Source of the DNA: Octopus sinensis
Lineage: Eukaryota
Direction of reading: 5' to 3'
Assembly (NCBI RefSeq): GCF_006345805.1
Contig: NC_043005.1
Span: 68,076,001-68,140,000 of the forward strand
Length of the DNA: 64,000 bases
Of this stretch, positions 1 to 12,460 are shown piece by piece. Below the pieces are notes generated by a model. The model searched no databases. It was given only the letters and a program-made list of their open reading frames with translations, and had not been told where the DNA came from. Both the position numbers and the translations under genes were made by a program. Position 1 is the stretch's first letter; each line of letters opens with the position of its first letter.

Positions 1-78
1 GCCCAAGGTGCCATGCAGTGGGACTGAACTCGGAACCATGTGGTTGGTAAGCAAGCTACTTACCACACAGCCACTCCT
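1..78 (-). mobile_element. tRNA-headed SINE family A, 5' head (cut by window edge)
   Basis: Reverse complement GGAGTGGCTGTGTGGTAAGTAGCTTGCTTACCAACCACATGGTTCCGAGTTCAGTCCCACTGCATGGCACCTTGGGC matches the heads at 23818, 52938 and 63935. Confidence 0.85.
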
Positions 79-652
79 ACGCCTCTGTTGATTGTTTTCA
101 ATGGTCACCATCACCAACACCACAACTGAAATGCATACACCAGTCAGACTTCTCATGCACCACCATCAATACCTTTGACTTTGCCGCCTCCCCCTCCATC
201 ACCATTACCTCTGTCTTTCACATTGCTTACTATCACTGTTGTCCCTGACTGCTTCAGCTGCCACAACCATCATCACTGTTGCCTCTGCCTCTATCACAAC
301 TACAGCTCATACTATTACTATCACCCCATTACCATCACAACCGTCAATCTACTATCATCTCTATGCCTACTATTACTCTTACCCCAACATGAGCAATAGT
401 AGGAGTGGCAATGAATAGTGAGAGAGAGGGTCGAAGTGTGACACACTGACACACAAATGTTCACATTTATTATATTTGATATACATGCACACACACATCT
501 GTATATGTATATATGCACAATCATACACACTCACAAGTATGTTTATATACTTTCATACCTATATATATATATATATATCATCATCATCATCGTTTAACGT
601 GATGATGATGATGATGATGATGATCTACATATATATATATATATATATACTT

Positions 653-689
<37 letters not shown>

Positions 690-1564
690 CGTGCGCATAC
701 ACATACACACATACATATGTACTTCTATTTATCTTATCACTAAAGTTTTTTCAACCTAGACAAAGTTTTTTTTTTTTATAAGTAGAAGTTGAAATAGTCA
801 TAGTAATAAGATTATAAAAAAAAAATATACATATATATATATATCAAATTCTACATTAGTATTATTGTATTGAGTACAAAATTGTAAAGAAGGCTGCTTT
901 GTTAAACTGAATTCATTAAAGAGACAAGAAAAATTATACACATACACACATGTACACAGAGATGCATACATATACTTATACACCTGTATGTGTCAGCATA
1001 TATATATAGGTATTTAAATGTACTTATCTAAGTGTTTGTCTATGTTTACATTATAAATGTTCTCTTTATATTTTCTTTATATGTATAGTAGTGAGAATGT
1101 TTGTTTGCTTCAGTTGAGAACAACTCAATTGCTTCTAGTTTCATGAACATATCTTTTCTTTCATTGTTCCTGAAAGTGGTTTGAAATGTTCCATTTTCTT
1201 TATTTACGTTGCTAAATCTATGTGAATTTAATGTATGTGCGTGTCTCTGTGTCTATCTGTCTGTCTGTCTCTGCACATGTTTTTATATTTAAAATTTTCC
1301 TTCTGTATTGGCTGTTATGACTTAGTAACGCAAGGCAGAGAGCTGGCAGAATTATTAGAGTGTTGGAAGAAACGCCTAGTGAAATACTTTCCAGCTATGT
1401 TGTGAGTTCAAATCATCTTGGAGTCAACTTTGCTTCTTATCCTTTCTTGGTTCCCTAAAATAAAATACAAATTAAGCACTAGGGTTAGTGGTATTGATGA
1501 ACCCACCTCCCCTCAGAATTACTGGTAATTTTTTACGTATCTCCAGGACCCCTGGACTGGAGAT

Positions 1565-1949
1565 ACGTAAAAAGCACTATCCAAATCGTGGCCGATGCCA
1601 GCGTTGCCTCGACTGGCTTCCATGTTGGTGGCACGTAAAAAGCACCATCTGAATCGTGACCGAAGCCAGTGCTGCCTCGACTGGCTTCCGTGCCGGTGGC
1701 ACATAAAATGCACCAATCCGACCGTGGCCAATGCCAGCCTTGCCTGGCACCAGTGCAGGTGGTACGTAAAAAGCACCCACTACACTCACGGAGTGGTTGG
1801 CATTAGGAAGGGCATCCAGCTGTAGAAACATTGCCAGATAAGACCGGAGCCTGGTGCAGCCTTCTGGCTTCCCAGATCCCCGGTCGAACCATCCAACCCA
1901 TGCTAGCATGGAGAACGGACGTTAAACGATGATGATGATGATGATGATG
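1565..1949 (+). mobile_element. RTE LINE 3'UTR copy (5'-truncated) with internal ~65-68 bp tandem repeats
   Basis: Repeats anchored on ACGTAAAAAGCAC, then GGAGTGGTTGGCATTAGGAAGGGCATCCAGCTGTAGAAAC...CCAACCCATGCTAGCATGG...TTAAAC(GAT)n. The same sequence follows an RTE ORF end at 4524-5091. Confidence 0.8.
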
Positions 1950-3338
1950 TGTCTAAATCTGAAAGCATTAATACTGAGTTTTTCTAATTTACTGATACCT
2001 CGAGCTAGCTCATCAAGTGCCCTGGTGCCACAAATTTGTTTGTGTGAACATATGATCAGATGGCTTCAGTCTTGAACATAACATCAACATCTTTTAGTAT
2101 ACCACAGACTACTGTCCAATATCTTCTTTCTTCTTTAATGCATTGTAATGAGATTTGAGAGGAATTCAGCTGCTATTTTTAGAATGTTGAGGAACAATAT
2201 AGAGCAGTGTTTCCCAAACTATTTAGAATACTGAAGAATATTAATGAGCTGATGTTTGACATCGTTGACCCTTTCATCAATGCATCAAGAAATTGTGTAA
2301 TTATTAAGTAGGATCTTCTCCATAATGTTAAAGGATTTTTTGTGCATAATGTTTGACAAAACCTCTTCGATAACCAGGCGAAGTAATGTTTCTCCAATTG
2401 TATGAGACTTCCCAGATTTAGCAACAAGCAATGCAGCGTTGTATGATGTAATTCAGATTGATAAAATAAGCACCAGTCTTGCAAGATTAAAAAATTAAGT
2501 ACTATCTGCAGTGCAATCTATTTGACTCTAAACCTTTCAAGGCAGTACCCCAGTATTGGCCGTATTCCAACGACTGAACCATGTAGAAATGATAAAAAAT
2601 GAATAGTGATAAGTTTTTGTTAAGTTCCTCAGACTGTGAGAATCTCTTGTGTTAAACTATTCTGGTTATACTAGCAAAGTGTGGCTCAATGTCAAGTTGT
2701 TGGCCCTTTAAGCAATGAAAATGCAATAAATATTACAATTAACTAAAGCTGTCTATTTTATATCATTCACTGTCTTCCCCCGTTCTTTTCCACTGTCTTT
2801 GTTGATACCATTGAAGATATTTATCTCCATGCAACATTGTGGAACGATACTTTCAGTCGGTGACAACTTAATCCCCTCTGTGATTGCTATCAGCTTAGTA
2901 TACCCACCGCCAAAACAGACTCTGTAAGAAATCTCCATGGATCATTGTGTAATGTCCATAGCGTAGTTTGTTCTGCCTGTAGATCTCCTTACTATTGACG
3001 AGCTTGCAACACAGATTTTGCATTTCTTTCTCGGAAATTGTCATTCAAGAAAGGAAATTTCTGCATTGCTTACTCTGTCTGTCTGTCTCTCATTCAGAGT
3101 AAATGACATCAAATAGATGGTTTCTTCAAATTTATTAATATGTATTTTTATAGTTTTTCTTTTTGTTTTTTGTTTTTTTTTAATCAGAATAGTCATGTTT
3201 TAGCAAATAGTGTTGATGGTGATGAAAGATGGGATTGATTTTTATTTATTCCTTATCAATTCATTTTCTTATCTTACTTTTACCTGTTTACAACGTCTAA
3301 ACTGTGTTTGAGCTAATGGAAACAAAATGTTCTATAGT

Positions 3339-3373
<35 letters not shown>

Positions 3374-4523
3374 TATATGTATATGTGTGCACATATACAT
3401 ACACTCATATACACACAGTCCAGCTACAGTGTTCATGTAACAAAATGGCTGACAGTGTTTTCTGGTCAGTAGGAGATGGCTAGTTTTATTTAGATTAAAG
3501 GAAAACATCACAGCTTTAAAACGTCTGAGATAAATTGGTGTTAATAAGATAATTATTGTGGATGAAATATCAATAAGATTTTGATTGGATAATTTAATAA
3601 ATGCAATTATTTTGGATAACCCTTTGTATATTTGCATGTATGGGTGTTTATCTGTAAACACATTATACACACATACATCTATATATGTGTGTGTATATAT
3701 AAATATATATGTAAGCATACACACACATGATGATGACAATCATTATTATCAGTGTCATTTTATAGCCACTTTCCATTCCATGCTTGTATGTGTTGGACAG
3801 ATTGTTGTTGTTCTATATGGATTGGAGGACCACATCTTCATGATTTCAGTTTTGACTCAGTTTTTGAAGTTGGATGCCCTTCCTAAAACCATATCCTCGG
3901 TGCATTATTTCATGGTATCAGTAGAAAAGAAGTTGTCACATCTATGCCAAGACTAAAGGGTTCTTCCCGTATATTATGATGTCGGTGAGAGCAGAAATGT
4001 GCATATTTCATCCCATATACTTTTGTGCTGTTGGTTTCCCCTCTACTTGGAGCCCCTTTCCCATGGTACACTCCTTGTATTTTCAGTGTTATTCCCTACC
4101 ACTATTGATCAACATCTCATATGGGCCATCGGGCCATCAACCTCTCCACCTCCTTGTTTCTCACTTTCTCCATATATATATATATATATATATATATGAT
4201 GATGATATATATATATATATATATATATATGATGATGATATATATATATATATATTATAGAAAAAAGTAAAGAGTGAAAAAACTACAGAAGGCTTAAATG
4301 TTAAAAAATATATATATATTTGCGTCAATATGTCTGAAGAATATTAGAAAATTAAAAACAAAAAAATTTTTCTCTTATAATGACATAATTTAAAAGAAAG
4401 ACCGGTTTCGCGTGTAGCTTTTCAAATTTCTTGTGACGTTATGTTTATGTTGAATAGAGTTATGTTTATGTTCAGGAGAGTTCTAAATAAGGGAACAAAC
4501 CAACTTTCTTATCTATATATATA

Positions 4524-5091
4524 TCATCATCATCATCATTTAGCGTCCGTTCTCCATGCTAGCATGGGTTGGACGGTTCAACTGGGGTCTGTGAAGCTGG
4601 AAGGCTTCATCAGGCCCAGTCAGATCTGGCAGTGTTTCTACGGCTGGATGCCCTTCCTAACGCCAACCACTCCGTGAGTGTAGTGGGTGCTTTTTACGTG
4701 TCACCGGCACGGGGGCCAGACAGAGCTGGCAAACGGCCACGAACGGATGGTGCTTTTACGTGTCACCGGCACGGGGGCCAGACAGAGCTGGCAAACGGCC
4801 ACAAACGGATGGTACTTTTACGTGTCACCGGCACGGGGGCCAGGCCAGGCTGGCAACGAACACGAACGGATGGTGCTTTTACGTGCCACCTACACGGGGG
4901 CCAGACAGGGCTGGCGAACGGCTACGAACGGATGGTACTTTTACGTGTCACCTGCACGGGGGCCCTGATGTTGATCGACCTCAATTTGGTTTGATCTTGA
5001 TTTTGACTGTTCTCACTGGTCTTGCCGGTTTTTCTCACGCACAGCATACCTCCAAAGGTCTCGGTCACTGGTCATTTCCTTGGTGAGACCT
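4524..5091 (-). mobile_element. RTE-clade LINE 3' end: last codons of ORF, 3'UTR with ~51-bp tandem repeats and (GAT)n tail
   Basis: Minus strand reads GLTKEMTSDRDLWRYAVREKNRQDQ*, typical of an RTE C-terminus. It is followed by about 5 tandem units (4684-4965) and the AGGAAGGGCATCCAG...(TGA)n tail. Confidence 0.8.
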
Positions 5092-6164
5092 ATATATATA
5101 TATATTATATATATATATATATATTCATATATATATTCATTCCTACTTACCACCTCCACTCTTGTCATTGAGTACTCCTTTCTCTCTCCCCACTTCACAT
5201 CATCTCCTTAATTTGGGCGAGTCGATTCTGTTTTATTTCAATGTTCTTCTCCGCCCCACTTTTTTCTACTGCTTCTAATCACCTCCTCCCTGACCTGCTT
5301 CTGTTTCCTTTTTCATCCCTTAAAGCGATATTCACCCCATCACTTTCTTTTTTCAAATGGGATAACCATGGAATTCCAATCATGTTTCGGGGTTTGCTAC
5401 CTCAATAGCTCCTTTATAGGATCCAGTGGCTAAAGACGTCATCAGGAGGAACCACGTCTGGTTTCGACCCCTACTCCTCTACCATTTTCGTCCACAACCA
5501 GACACCTGCTCCTATCTCTCTATCATACTCTTACTTCTTAACACCTGACATAAAGCTGCCTCCGTCAATATTACAACCCCTTCAATCAAGGGATTGTGTT
5601 TTGCAAGCTATTTGGCAACTTCACAAGTTCTGGTGACATGAAAAAAAGCACCCAGTGCACTGTAAATTGGTTGGCATTAGAAAGAGTATCTTGCTGTGAA
5701 AACCATACCAAAACAGACATTGGAGCTCAACAGTTAAAACAGGTATTCATTAGGTAAATCCATGATCAGAGAGAATAGTTATGGTAATCCATGTCAAAGG
5801 AAAATGATGCTAGCTGTTCCAAAGTTGGACAAATTCTGAGAGGATTACTACCAAACCATTCTCTCTCTCCATGGATTTACCTAATGAATACTCATTTTAA
5901 TTGGGTTTAGTTGGATTTCTTCTCCTGTTCTAGACATAATGAACCACAATAGCTATTGTTGATGAGGAGCTTTCTTCCACTGTTACATATGTTTAACCTA
6001 TCTTTCTCTGATGATGTTATACTCAGCCTGTGGAGTCCTCATTTGACACATTCCAGTAGCTGGGATATTCTAGAAGCAACTGTCAGAGACTGTTTAAACA
6101 TTTATCTAAATTAAATGTCCTTGTAAAAACTTGCCAAACTGTTTGCTTTTCTTTTTTAGATTTA

Positions 6165-6521
6165 ACTAGCAGTATCGCCCGGCGTTGCTCGGGTTTGTAA
6201 GGGAAATAACTATAAAGCATTTTTAGAGAGTTATAGCCAAAAAAATGGAAAAAAAATTATGGTAAATTTTTTTTGTGAGTTAAAACGGTCGAGTTGCGTC
6301 CCCTAGACAGTCTGTGGTTTGTGTTTCTGATTCTCGACCCCATGTCGAATTTATTGATTTTTTTCAGAACTGGGAGAACTTTTCAAAATTTTCTCTGCGT
6401 TAGTTTTGAATTATGACATTGGGCTATGTGTGTGTTAAGTTTCATCAGAATCGGTTGAAAGCCGTGGTCAGGGTGAGGGTACAAGCTAACAGACACACAG
6501 ACAAACTGCCGTTTATATAGA
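6165..6521 (+). mobile_element. Non-autonomous Helentron/Helitron-like element (HINE/DINE-like)
   Basis: Starts ACTAGCAGTATCGCCCGGCGTTGCTCGGG (short hairpin) and ends AAGTTTCATCAGAATCGG...ACAGACACACAGACAAAC...TTTATATAGAT. The same start occurs at 31501 and 46824. Confidence 0.65.
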
Positions 6522-6605
6522 TATATATATATATATATATATATATATTACAGAGATGTACTTGCATAGCAAGTGATTTGATCTCAGATCGTGTGCTGAA
6601 ACGAA

Positions 6606-6889
6606 AACAATTGCAGCATGGAAGGTGTTTGGAAGCCATTTAAGAAACACACGAAAGCCGTTCAATTCACTTCAACATTTAAGTTTAATTTGTCAAAATA
6701 TTTTCGTCACTTTAAGACCGTGACCTGTTCAAAAATTGCACGGATGCAGCATGGATTTTTGTCAGTGAACAGGTCACGGTCTTAAAGCGACAAAAATATT
6801 TTGACAAATTAAACTTAAATGTTGAAGTGAATCAAACGGCTTTTGTGTGTTTCTTAAATGGCTTACAAACACCTTCCACGCTGTAATTG

Positions 6890-6891
<2 letters not shown>
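6606..6891. repeat. Fold-back element, ~125-bp inverted arms with 36-bp spacer, Penelope-like, carrying a G3-C8 hammerhead-like motif
   Basis: Arms 6606-6730 and 6767-6891 are reverse complements with few mismatches. Confidence 0.85.
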
Positions 6892-6917
<26 letters not shown>

Positions 6918-6920
<3 letters not shown>

Positions 6921-7440
6921 ACAAAATGAGAAAATGGAGAAATATATCTAAATCAATCATCAACTGTCAGATAGTACCGAATCATATACTTTATTAAAAC
7001 ACTACACAATAGCAATGATATTATACATAAATACAGTACAATAATTACAATCAATATGGTGAAATATAACTAAATAAATATAACAAGACATAAAAATACA
7101 TTTACATTGTAGCTGACAGCTGTTTCGGCCATGAAGACAGGTATGTCTCATTTAACCTATTAGCCATATAATGCAGGTATAAATGAGACATTAACAAGAA
7201 TATCTTACGGCCTCTTCAGAGATTCTAATGCAAGTATGAGTACAAATCCTAAATAATTTACATATAAATATAAATATGAGTGCATACATACTCATATTCA
7301 TACATATATATATATACACAATAATACAATATAAACAATATAGATCAATATACATCAACAAACACAATAACGTTCCATATTGAACTCCACAGCTCCTCAA
7401 CCAATATCAAGAAAGCACAACAGACACACTCACACTCAAT
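6918..7440 (-). mobile_element. Penelope-like non-autonomous repeat (boundaries approximate)
   Basis: AT-rich element flanked by (TA)n that contains a minimal hammerhead motif with a palindromic stem III, as known for Penelope-like terminal repeats. Confidence 0.5.
7111..7224 (-). ncRNA. Type I hammerhead ribozyme motif, intact core
   Basis: AUCU-CUGAAGA-GGCC[long stem II with inner AUGUCUCAUUUA/UAAAUGAGACAU hairpin]GGCC-GAA-ACAGCUGU-C-AGCU, with a GUC cleavage triplet. Stem I is short with one mismatch. Confidence 0.7.
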
Positions 7441-7501
7441 GCAGGCATATATATTAAACAGTTCAATATATTAAAATGTGTCTACCATCCAACCCCTATC
7501 T

Positions 7502-7547
<46 letters not shown>

Positions 7548-8719
7548 ATATTTGTATGTACCCACATGAGTGGTGTCCCGAGCAGAATGCAAGTGTGGGT
7601 ATAACATTTTCATTAATTGATACAGATTTGGCTTTGTGCCTTGAAATGATACTGGAATATATCCTTTACTTGAAAAAAATAAGTAAGGGTTAATGTCAGG
7701 AAGGGCATCTCGCTGTAAAACAAAAACTCAGTATACTCATTTAACCTATGCTACCATGGAAAAATGAACGTAAAAGCAAACAAATGCTATACATATGTAC
7801 GTATGTGTGATATTTCGTGTGTCTGTGTGCTTCCATGTATGCTAACTTAGAGACAATTTCAGGTATGTGTAATTTATAGAATACTAATTTTGTTATTTCA
7901 TATAATAATTGACTGTGATTGTTTTAATTTAGTTCTCTTTATTGGTTAGTTGTTTTTGTTTTTTTAAAATTTTGTTTCAATTCTCATGTGGTCTGCCATT
8001 ATTTATGCTGCTCACATTTCCAATAATCAAACTTTTTCAGTAACGTTTGTCTTTTCTTTCTTTTTGTGTGTTTTTTTTTTCCTCTTCTCTTTTTAATCAT
8101 GGAATATTCACTGTGCTTTCACTGTACGTCTACATTTGATTTCTTTGTGACACTTCACTCATCCAGTTATAATTAAAAAAAAAAAAAAGTATTGCTTCGC
8201 TCTCTCGTGATACAGACCAAAGAAAGAGCCTCCACGTTGTCATTCAACGTGTTAGATATAGCAACCAAATCAATTTTAAACCAGACCCTACTGGCTTAAA
8301 GCACGTTGGATGATACTAAATATTATCGTTTTTCATCTGTTTTCCATGATGGTGTCTGTGGACAATGACAGTCTGAATCAGTTCTTATTCACAGTTACTT
8401 CCCTTTTAGACAGGTTATAGGACCACAGCATGCCCTCATATCTTAGTTTTTAGCATGGTTTTAGTGGTTGGCTTCCCTTCCTAACATTCGCTACTTTTCA
8501 GAGTGTACTGCGTGCATTTTATTGTAGCATCATCTCTAGAGAGGTTTCCATTCTCTTGGCAGGACTTAAAAGGTATCTCAGTACTTTTCTCTCTGCTCAG
8601 TATACTATGTTAAAATATCAGCTGGGATGGTCTTGGCTGGAATACCTTTATTTAAAAATTTTCTCAGTAACATCTGGCCCAGGATTAAACAGTTGCTTAC
8701 TTGCTTGGTTACTACTTCT

Positions 8720-8949
8720 TATTTCTTTACTGCCCACAAAGAGCCACACACAGAGGGGACAAGCAAGGACAGACAAACGGATTAAGTCGCTTATATCGAC
8801 CCCAGTGCGTAACTGGTACTTATTTTAATCGATCCCAAAAGGATGAAAGGCAAAGTCAACCTTGGCGGAATTTGAACTCAGAACATAGCAGCAGACGAAA
8901 TACCGCTAAGCATTTCGCCCGGTGTGCTAAAGTTTCTGCCAGCTCGCCA
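8720..8949 (-). mobile_element. tRNA-headed SINE family B, full length, with TSD
   Basis: Head GGCGAGCTGGCAGAAAC..., B-box-like GAGTTCAAATTCC, central GCCTTTCATCCTTT..GATCGATTAAAATAAGTACCAG (resembles Meta/MESC-type domains, from memory). Direct repeat CTTGGTTACTACTTCT at 8704-8719 and 8950-8965. Confidence 0.9.
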
Positions 8950-9543
8950 CTTGGTTACTACTTCTGGAGTTTTATCTCTACCTCCACTACATTGTTTTTC
9001 ATGGGAGCAGATGTAACTGACAAGGCTGATAAAAGATAAGCAGATCCTCTGGCACTGAGGGCACTGGAAGTGACTCTGAATGACAGCGACATGGGGTTGA
9101 TGATGATATCTCCTCCTCCTCCTTCCATGCCATCTCCAGCATCAGACATCACATCGTCATCATCATACAGCTGCATTACTTATGAATTATCATCTGTCAG
9201 TGAAAGTGTTTATCTCTATGTGGCTTATATATCTTGTGAAACTTGCTATTCTTTGAATGCATTAATAAAGTTTGAGCTTAAAAATTGTGAACTAGTGAGC
9301 TAACAAAACATTCATCAACTATCCTGAGCTGCATTATTACTTTATAGCCATCTCAGCTCTGACTAAAGAGATCTCTGATCAAAGGTATTCCACCTAAGAC
9401 CTCACTGTTTTTTAATTTTGCGGGGTTGGGCATTGTCAAGTTAGGGTTATATTATTTTATATGGCAGAAATGTTAGCACGCCGGGCGAAATGCTTTGTGG
9501 TATTTTATATGTCCAGAGACATTGAGAATTATATCTGTTCTTA

Positions 9544-9705
9544 TGAGTTAGCAACTTTCTTACAGATATTTTTAGATTCTGTTAGCAATGGCATTTAATC
9601 AGCTTACATAATGTTACATTTTTAACCATTCCTTGAAATAATAAATATCGTATTAGGTTATCAAGTCACATGACCACCTGTATAAACCTCAGAACACTTT
9701 ACCAG
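9544..9705 (+). repeat. Local dispersed duplication, copy 1 (copy 2 at 11016-11330)
   Basis: About 120 bp (TGAGTTAGCAACTTTCTTACAG...TTAGGTTATCA) is near-identical to 11016-11135, and homology resumes after the insertion in copy 2. Confidence 0.9.
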
Positions 9706-10082
9706 ATCAATGATGAGATAGAGGGAACTCTATTGTAGTCACTCAATTTGCTATAAATAGCTGTCAAACCTTCCCCAGGTCACACTCTGCCATCTTAAAG
9801 AAAGAAAGGACACATTGGATGATGTACTCTTTGATATAGTATGACAAGGTAAGAGACAAAATGATCACAGTTGGAATGCTTTTGGTTGTAGATCATCTCA
9901 GTGAGGCTGGGGTTAAACAACAACAACAATAAAAATATTTGTAGATGTTTTATTGGTATTAATTAATGCCCTCCTTCTCCTCATCATCATCACTCTCGTC
10001 TTTGACACTAATATACCCCCATCAATTCTACCAATATCCTTATTTAGTGTGACATCGTCTGATCCATTCTCTTCTAGGTTAA

Positions 10083-10298
10083 CCTTTTCGTTACTGTATT
10101 TATTTTGAGATGCTCTGTTTTCCTCTCAATAATTTAAAATATAACAAAGAATTTAGTAAAATAACATCGTTATCATTAGTGTTAGGAACATAAATTGTGA
10201 CTAAGGTTTGGTGGAAGATTTGAATTCAAAACTTATGTAAACAAGACATTTATACTAAAGAGCCAGAGCCGATTTCAGCTGGGTTGGTATCGAAAGGG
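10083..10298. mobile_element. piggyBac-like MITE
   Basis: TTAA on both sides (10079-82, 10299-302). Ends CCTTTTCGTTAC / GTATCGAAAGGG form a 12-bp imperfect TIR. Confidence 0.7.
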
Positions 10299-11135
10299 TT
10301 AAACTATTTTCAGCAGGAAGATCTTGACTGGATCTGATATCGTTTTTCTTGGAGGTCATTGGGATTTTTCCCTTGCCAAATAAGGTGTCACCTTTTTTTT
10401 TGTTAGCATTTCTATATCTGCCAGACATGTTTCTTATTGACTGACTATCCATCTGGAATGTCATTCACCCATCTTTGATAATGGCTGCCTTTCAAATATC
10501 ACTTATCACTTAGAGATTTTCATTGAAAATCTGTTGATCATTGTACAGATATTCTAACACACGTTTTTTGAAACTAGTTTCTTTGACCGTGTTCATTTTG
10601 ATCTCTTGTATATTATGTAACTATACAGTCATCATGTCCTCTTTATCTTCTCTATGTTAGTAGAGTGCCAAAACCAAGATGTTAATGCTAAAATGATTCC
10701 ATTATTAGCATTCTTTTGTTTGATTACGTGACATGGATGCAATATGTCAAACAGTTGTAGAAACTGAACAACATTCACATGTGATTTTTTACTGCATCAT
10801 CTGCATCAGTTTTAGAAATAAAATGATGTAGCTTCTTGTGTTGGTCTCCATCCTACACACATTGTTCAGATTTCACTGGCCAATCTTGTTGTGTATGTCT
10901 GATGAATGGAGGCTGGCTGAATTCACAAAATACTACCTTTATGCTGAATTTGCATCTTGGAAAAAAGCTGTTTGCTTTCCTCAGTTGGACTACAATGGTG
11001 TTTGTCTGTGTAACCTGAGTTAGCAACTTTCTTACAGATATTTTTAGATTCTGTTAGCAATGGCATTTAATCAGCTTACATAATGTTACATTTTTAACCA
11101 TTCCTTGAAGTAATAAATATCATATTAGGTTATCA

Positions 11136-11290
11136 CGGAGTGGTTGGCGTTAGGAAGGGCATCCAGCTGTAGAAACTCTGCCAGATCAAGATTGGAGCCT
11201 GGTGCAGCCACCTGGTTGCCAGCCCTCAGTCAAAATCATCTAACCCATGCTAGCATGGAAAGCAGACGTTAAACGATGATGATGATGATG
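11136..11290 (+). mobile_element. RTE LINE 3' tail, heavily 5'-truncated
   Basis: CGGAGTGGTTGGCGTTAGGAAGGGCATCCAGCTGTAG...GTTAAAC(GAT)n inserted into duplication copy 2. Confidence 0.85.
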
Positions 11291-11469
11291 AAGACTGCCT
11301 GTATAAACCTCAGGACACTTTACCACATTGAATGTTCATACAACACCAGGTGCTGTATGAACATAGAGTCAAGTTTTGGCTGCTATTTCCAGCGTGGTGG
11401 TATCTCTTAGATTCCCTAAATTATAATTTTATATATATATATATATATATGTGCATGTACGTATGTGTG

Positions 11470-11668
11470 TGTCTGTGATTGTCCTACCATCATCATCACT
11501 TGACAACTGGTGTTGGTGTGTTTATGTCCGAGTAGCTTAGTGGTTTGGCAAAAGGGACTGATCAAATAAGTATCAGGCTTCAAAAATGATAAGTACTGGG
11601 GTCAGTTCATTAGACTAAAATACTTCAAAGTGGTGCCCTTCCAATCCAATGGCTGAAATAAGTAAAAA
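11470..11668 (+). mobile_element. SINE family A, old 3' portion
   Basis: CACTTGACAACTGGTGTTGGTGTGTTTATGTCC...TAAGTACTGGGGTC...GGCTGAAATAAGTAAAAAG. Confidence 0.7.
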
Positions 11669-11710
11669 GACCCCTAAAACCAGTAAACATTGGCACACAG
11701 TACTGGGTGA

Positions 11711-12460
11711 TTAACCATTTAACATTTAAACAAGCCTTATCTGGCTAAAATAGTCTCAAATTTTTTTTTTTCAAACTGACCAAATCCAGCCCCTCACACT
11801 TACTTTACAATTTCATTCTAAAAATAAATACCATAAATTCTTGAATATAATCTGCATTTTTTTCCCAAAATTTAAAGGTCAAAATCCCTAGTGCATACTA
11901 TATACGAGGTTAAAAATGAAAAATATTTTCTAAGCAATGTCCGAGTCTCTATTTGCTGTCCTGCAATGTTTATTCAGACGCATTTTGTGATGTCGGGTGT
12001 GAAAATACCTTAAGCTAAGCCTGAAAGCAATGAAGTCATAAAAGAATCATCCATAACTTGCAGTAAGCAACATTTATTAAAATAAAAGTATTCAGAACAC
12101 AGAATAACATGTAACAAAAACAATTTGCAAACATATTTACATTCCCATATAACAGTTAAGAACATCACCATTATTGTATTACGCATGCATGGAAGTGTTT
12201 GTTTGACTAGGTGCTGCTGGCTTAATTACGCTTGACTCAAGTTAGAGAAGGGGTGCGTATTATACACAAGGTTTAGGTTTTTCAGAGGTACAGCCCCCTA
12301 AAAATCCCCTGTGTATTATACTCAAGGGTGGACTATGCTTGAGGATTTATGGTAATCACATCATAGAAATCTCGAAGTAACAATATATTACGTGATTAAT
12401 TCAAAACAATGTGAAGATATAAGCATTACTTTTGACAGAATAATCTGAATGCTTAAGAAT
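11711..12460. mobile_element. Degenerate piggyBac-like MITE interrupted by a pogo/Tc2-like MITE
   Basis: The two flanks join to match the uninterrupted homologue at 30645-30845. Left end TTAACCATTTAACATT. Confidence 0.55.
11831..12352. mobile_element. pogo/Tc2-like MITE with TA target duplication
   Basis: TA-CCATAAATTCTTGAATATA ... TATGCTTGAGGATTTATGG-TA. Internal segments are shared with 41352-41699. Confidence 0.75.

Noticed and set aside
2753-3080. Minus-strand frame interrupted only by two TGA codons
   Set aside because: No recognisable homology and no SECIS-like structure seen, so it is compatible with chance.
5380-5470. Hammerhead at CTGATGA...GAAAC (minus strand)
   Set aside because: Stems I and II cannot be paired.
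10836-11023. Two overlapping 60-aa ORFs and a TGATGA..CTGA..CTGA motif
   Set aside because: No homology was recognised, the donor is weak, and the motif is too short and unstructured for a snoRNA.
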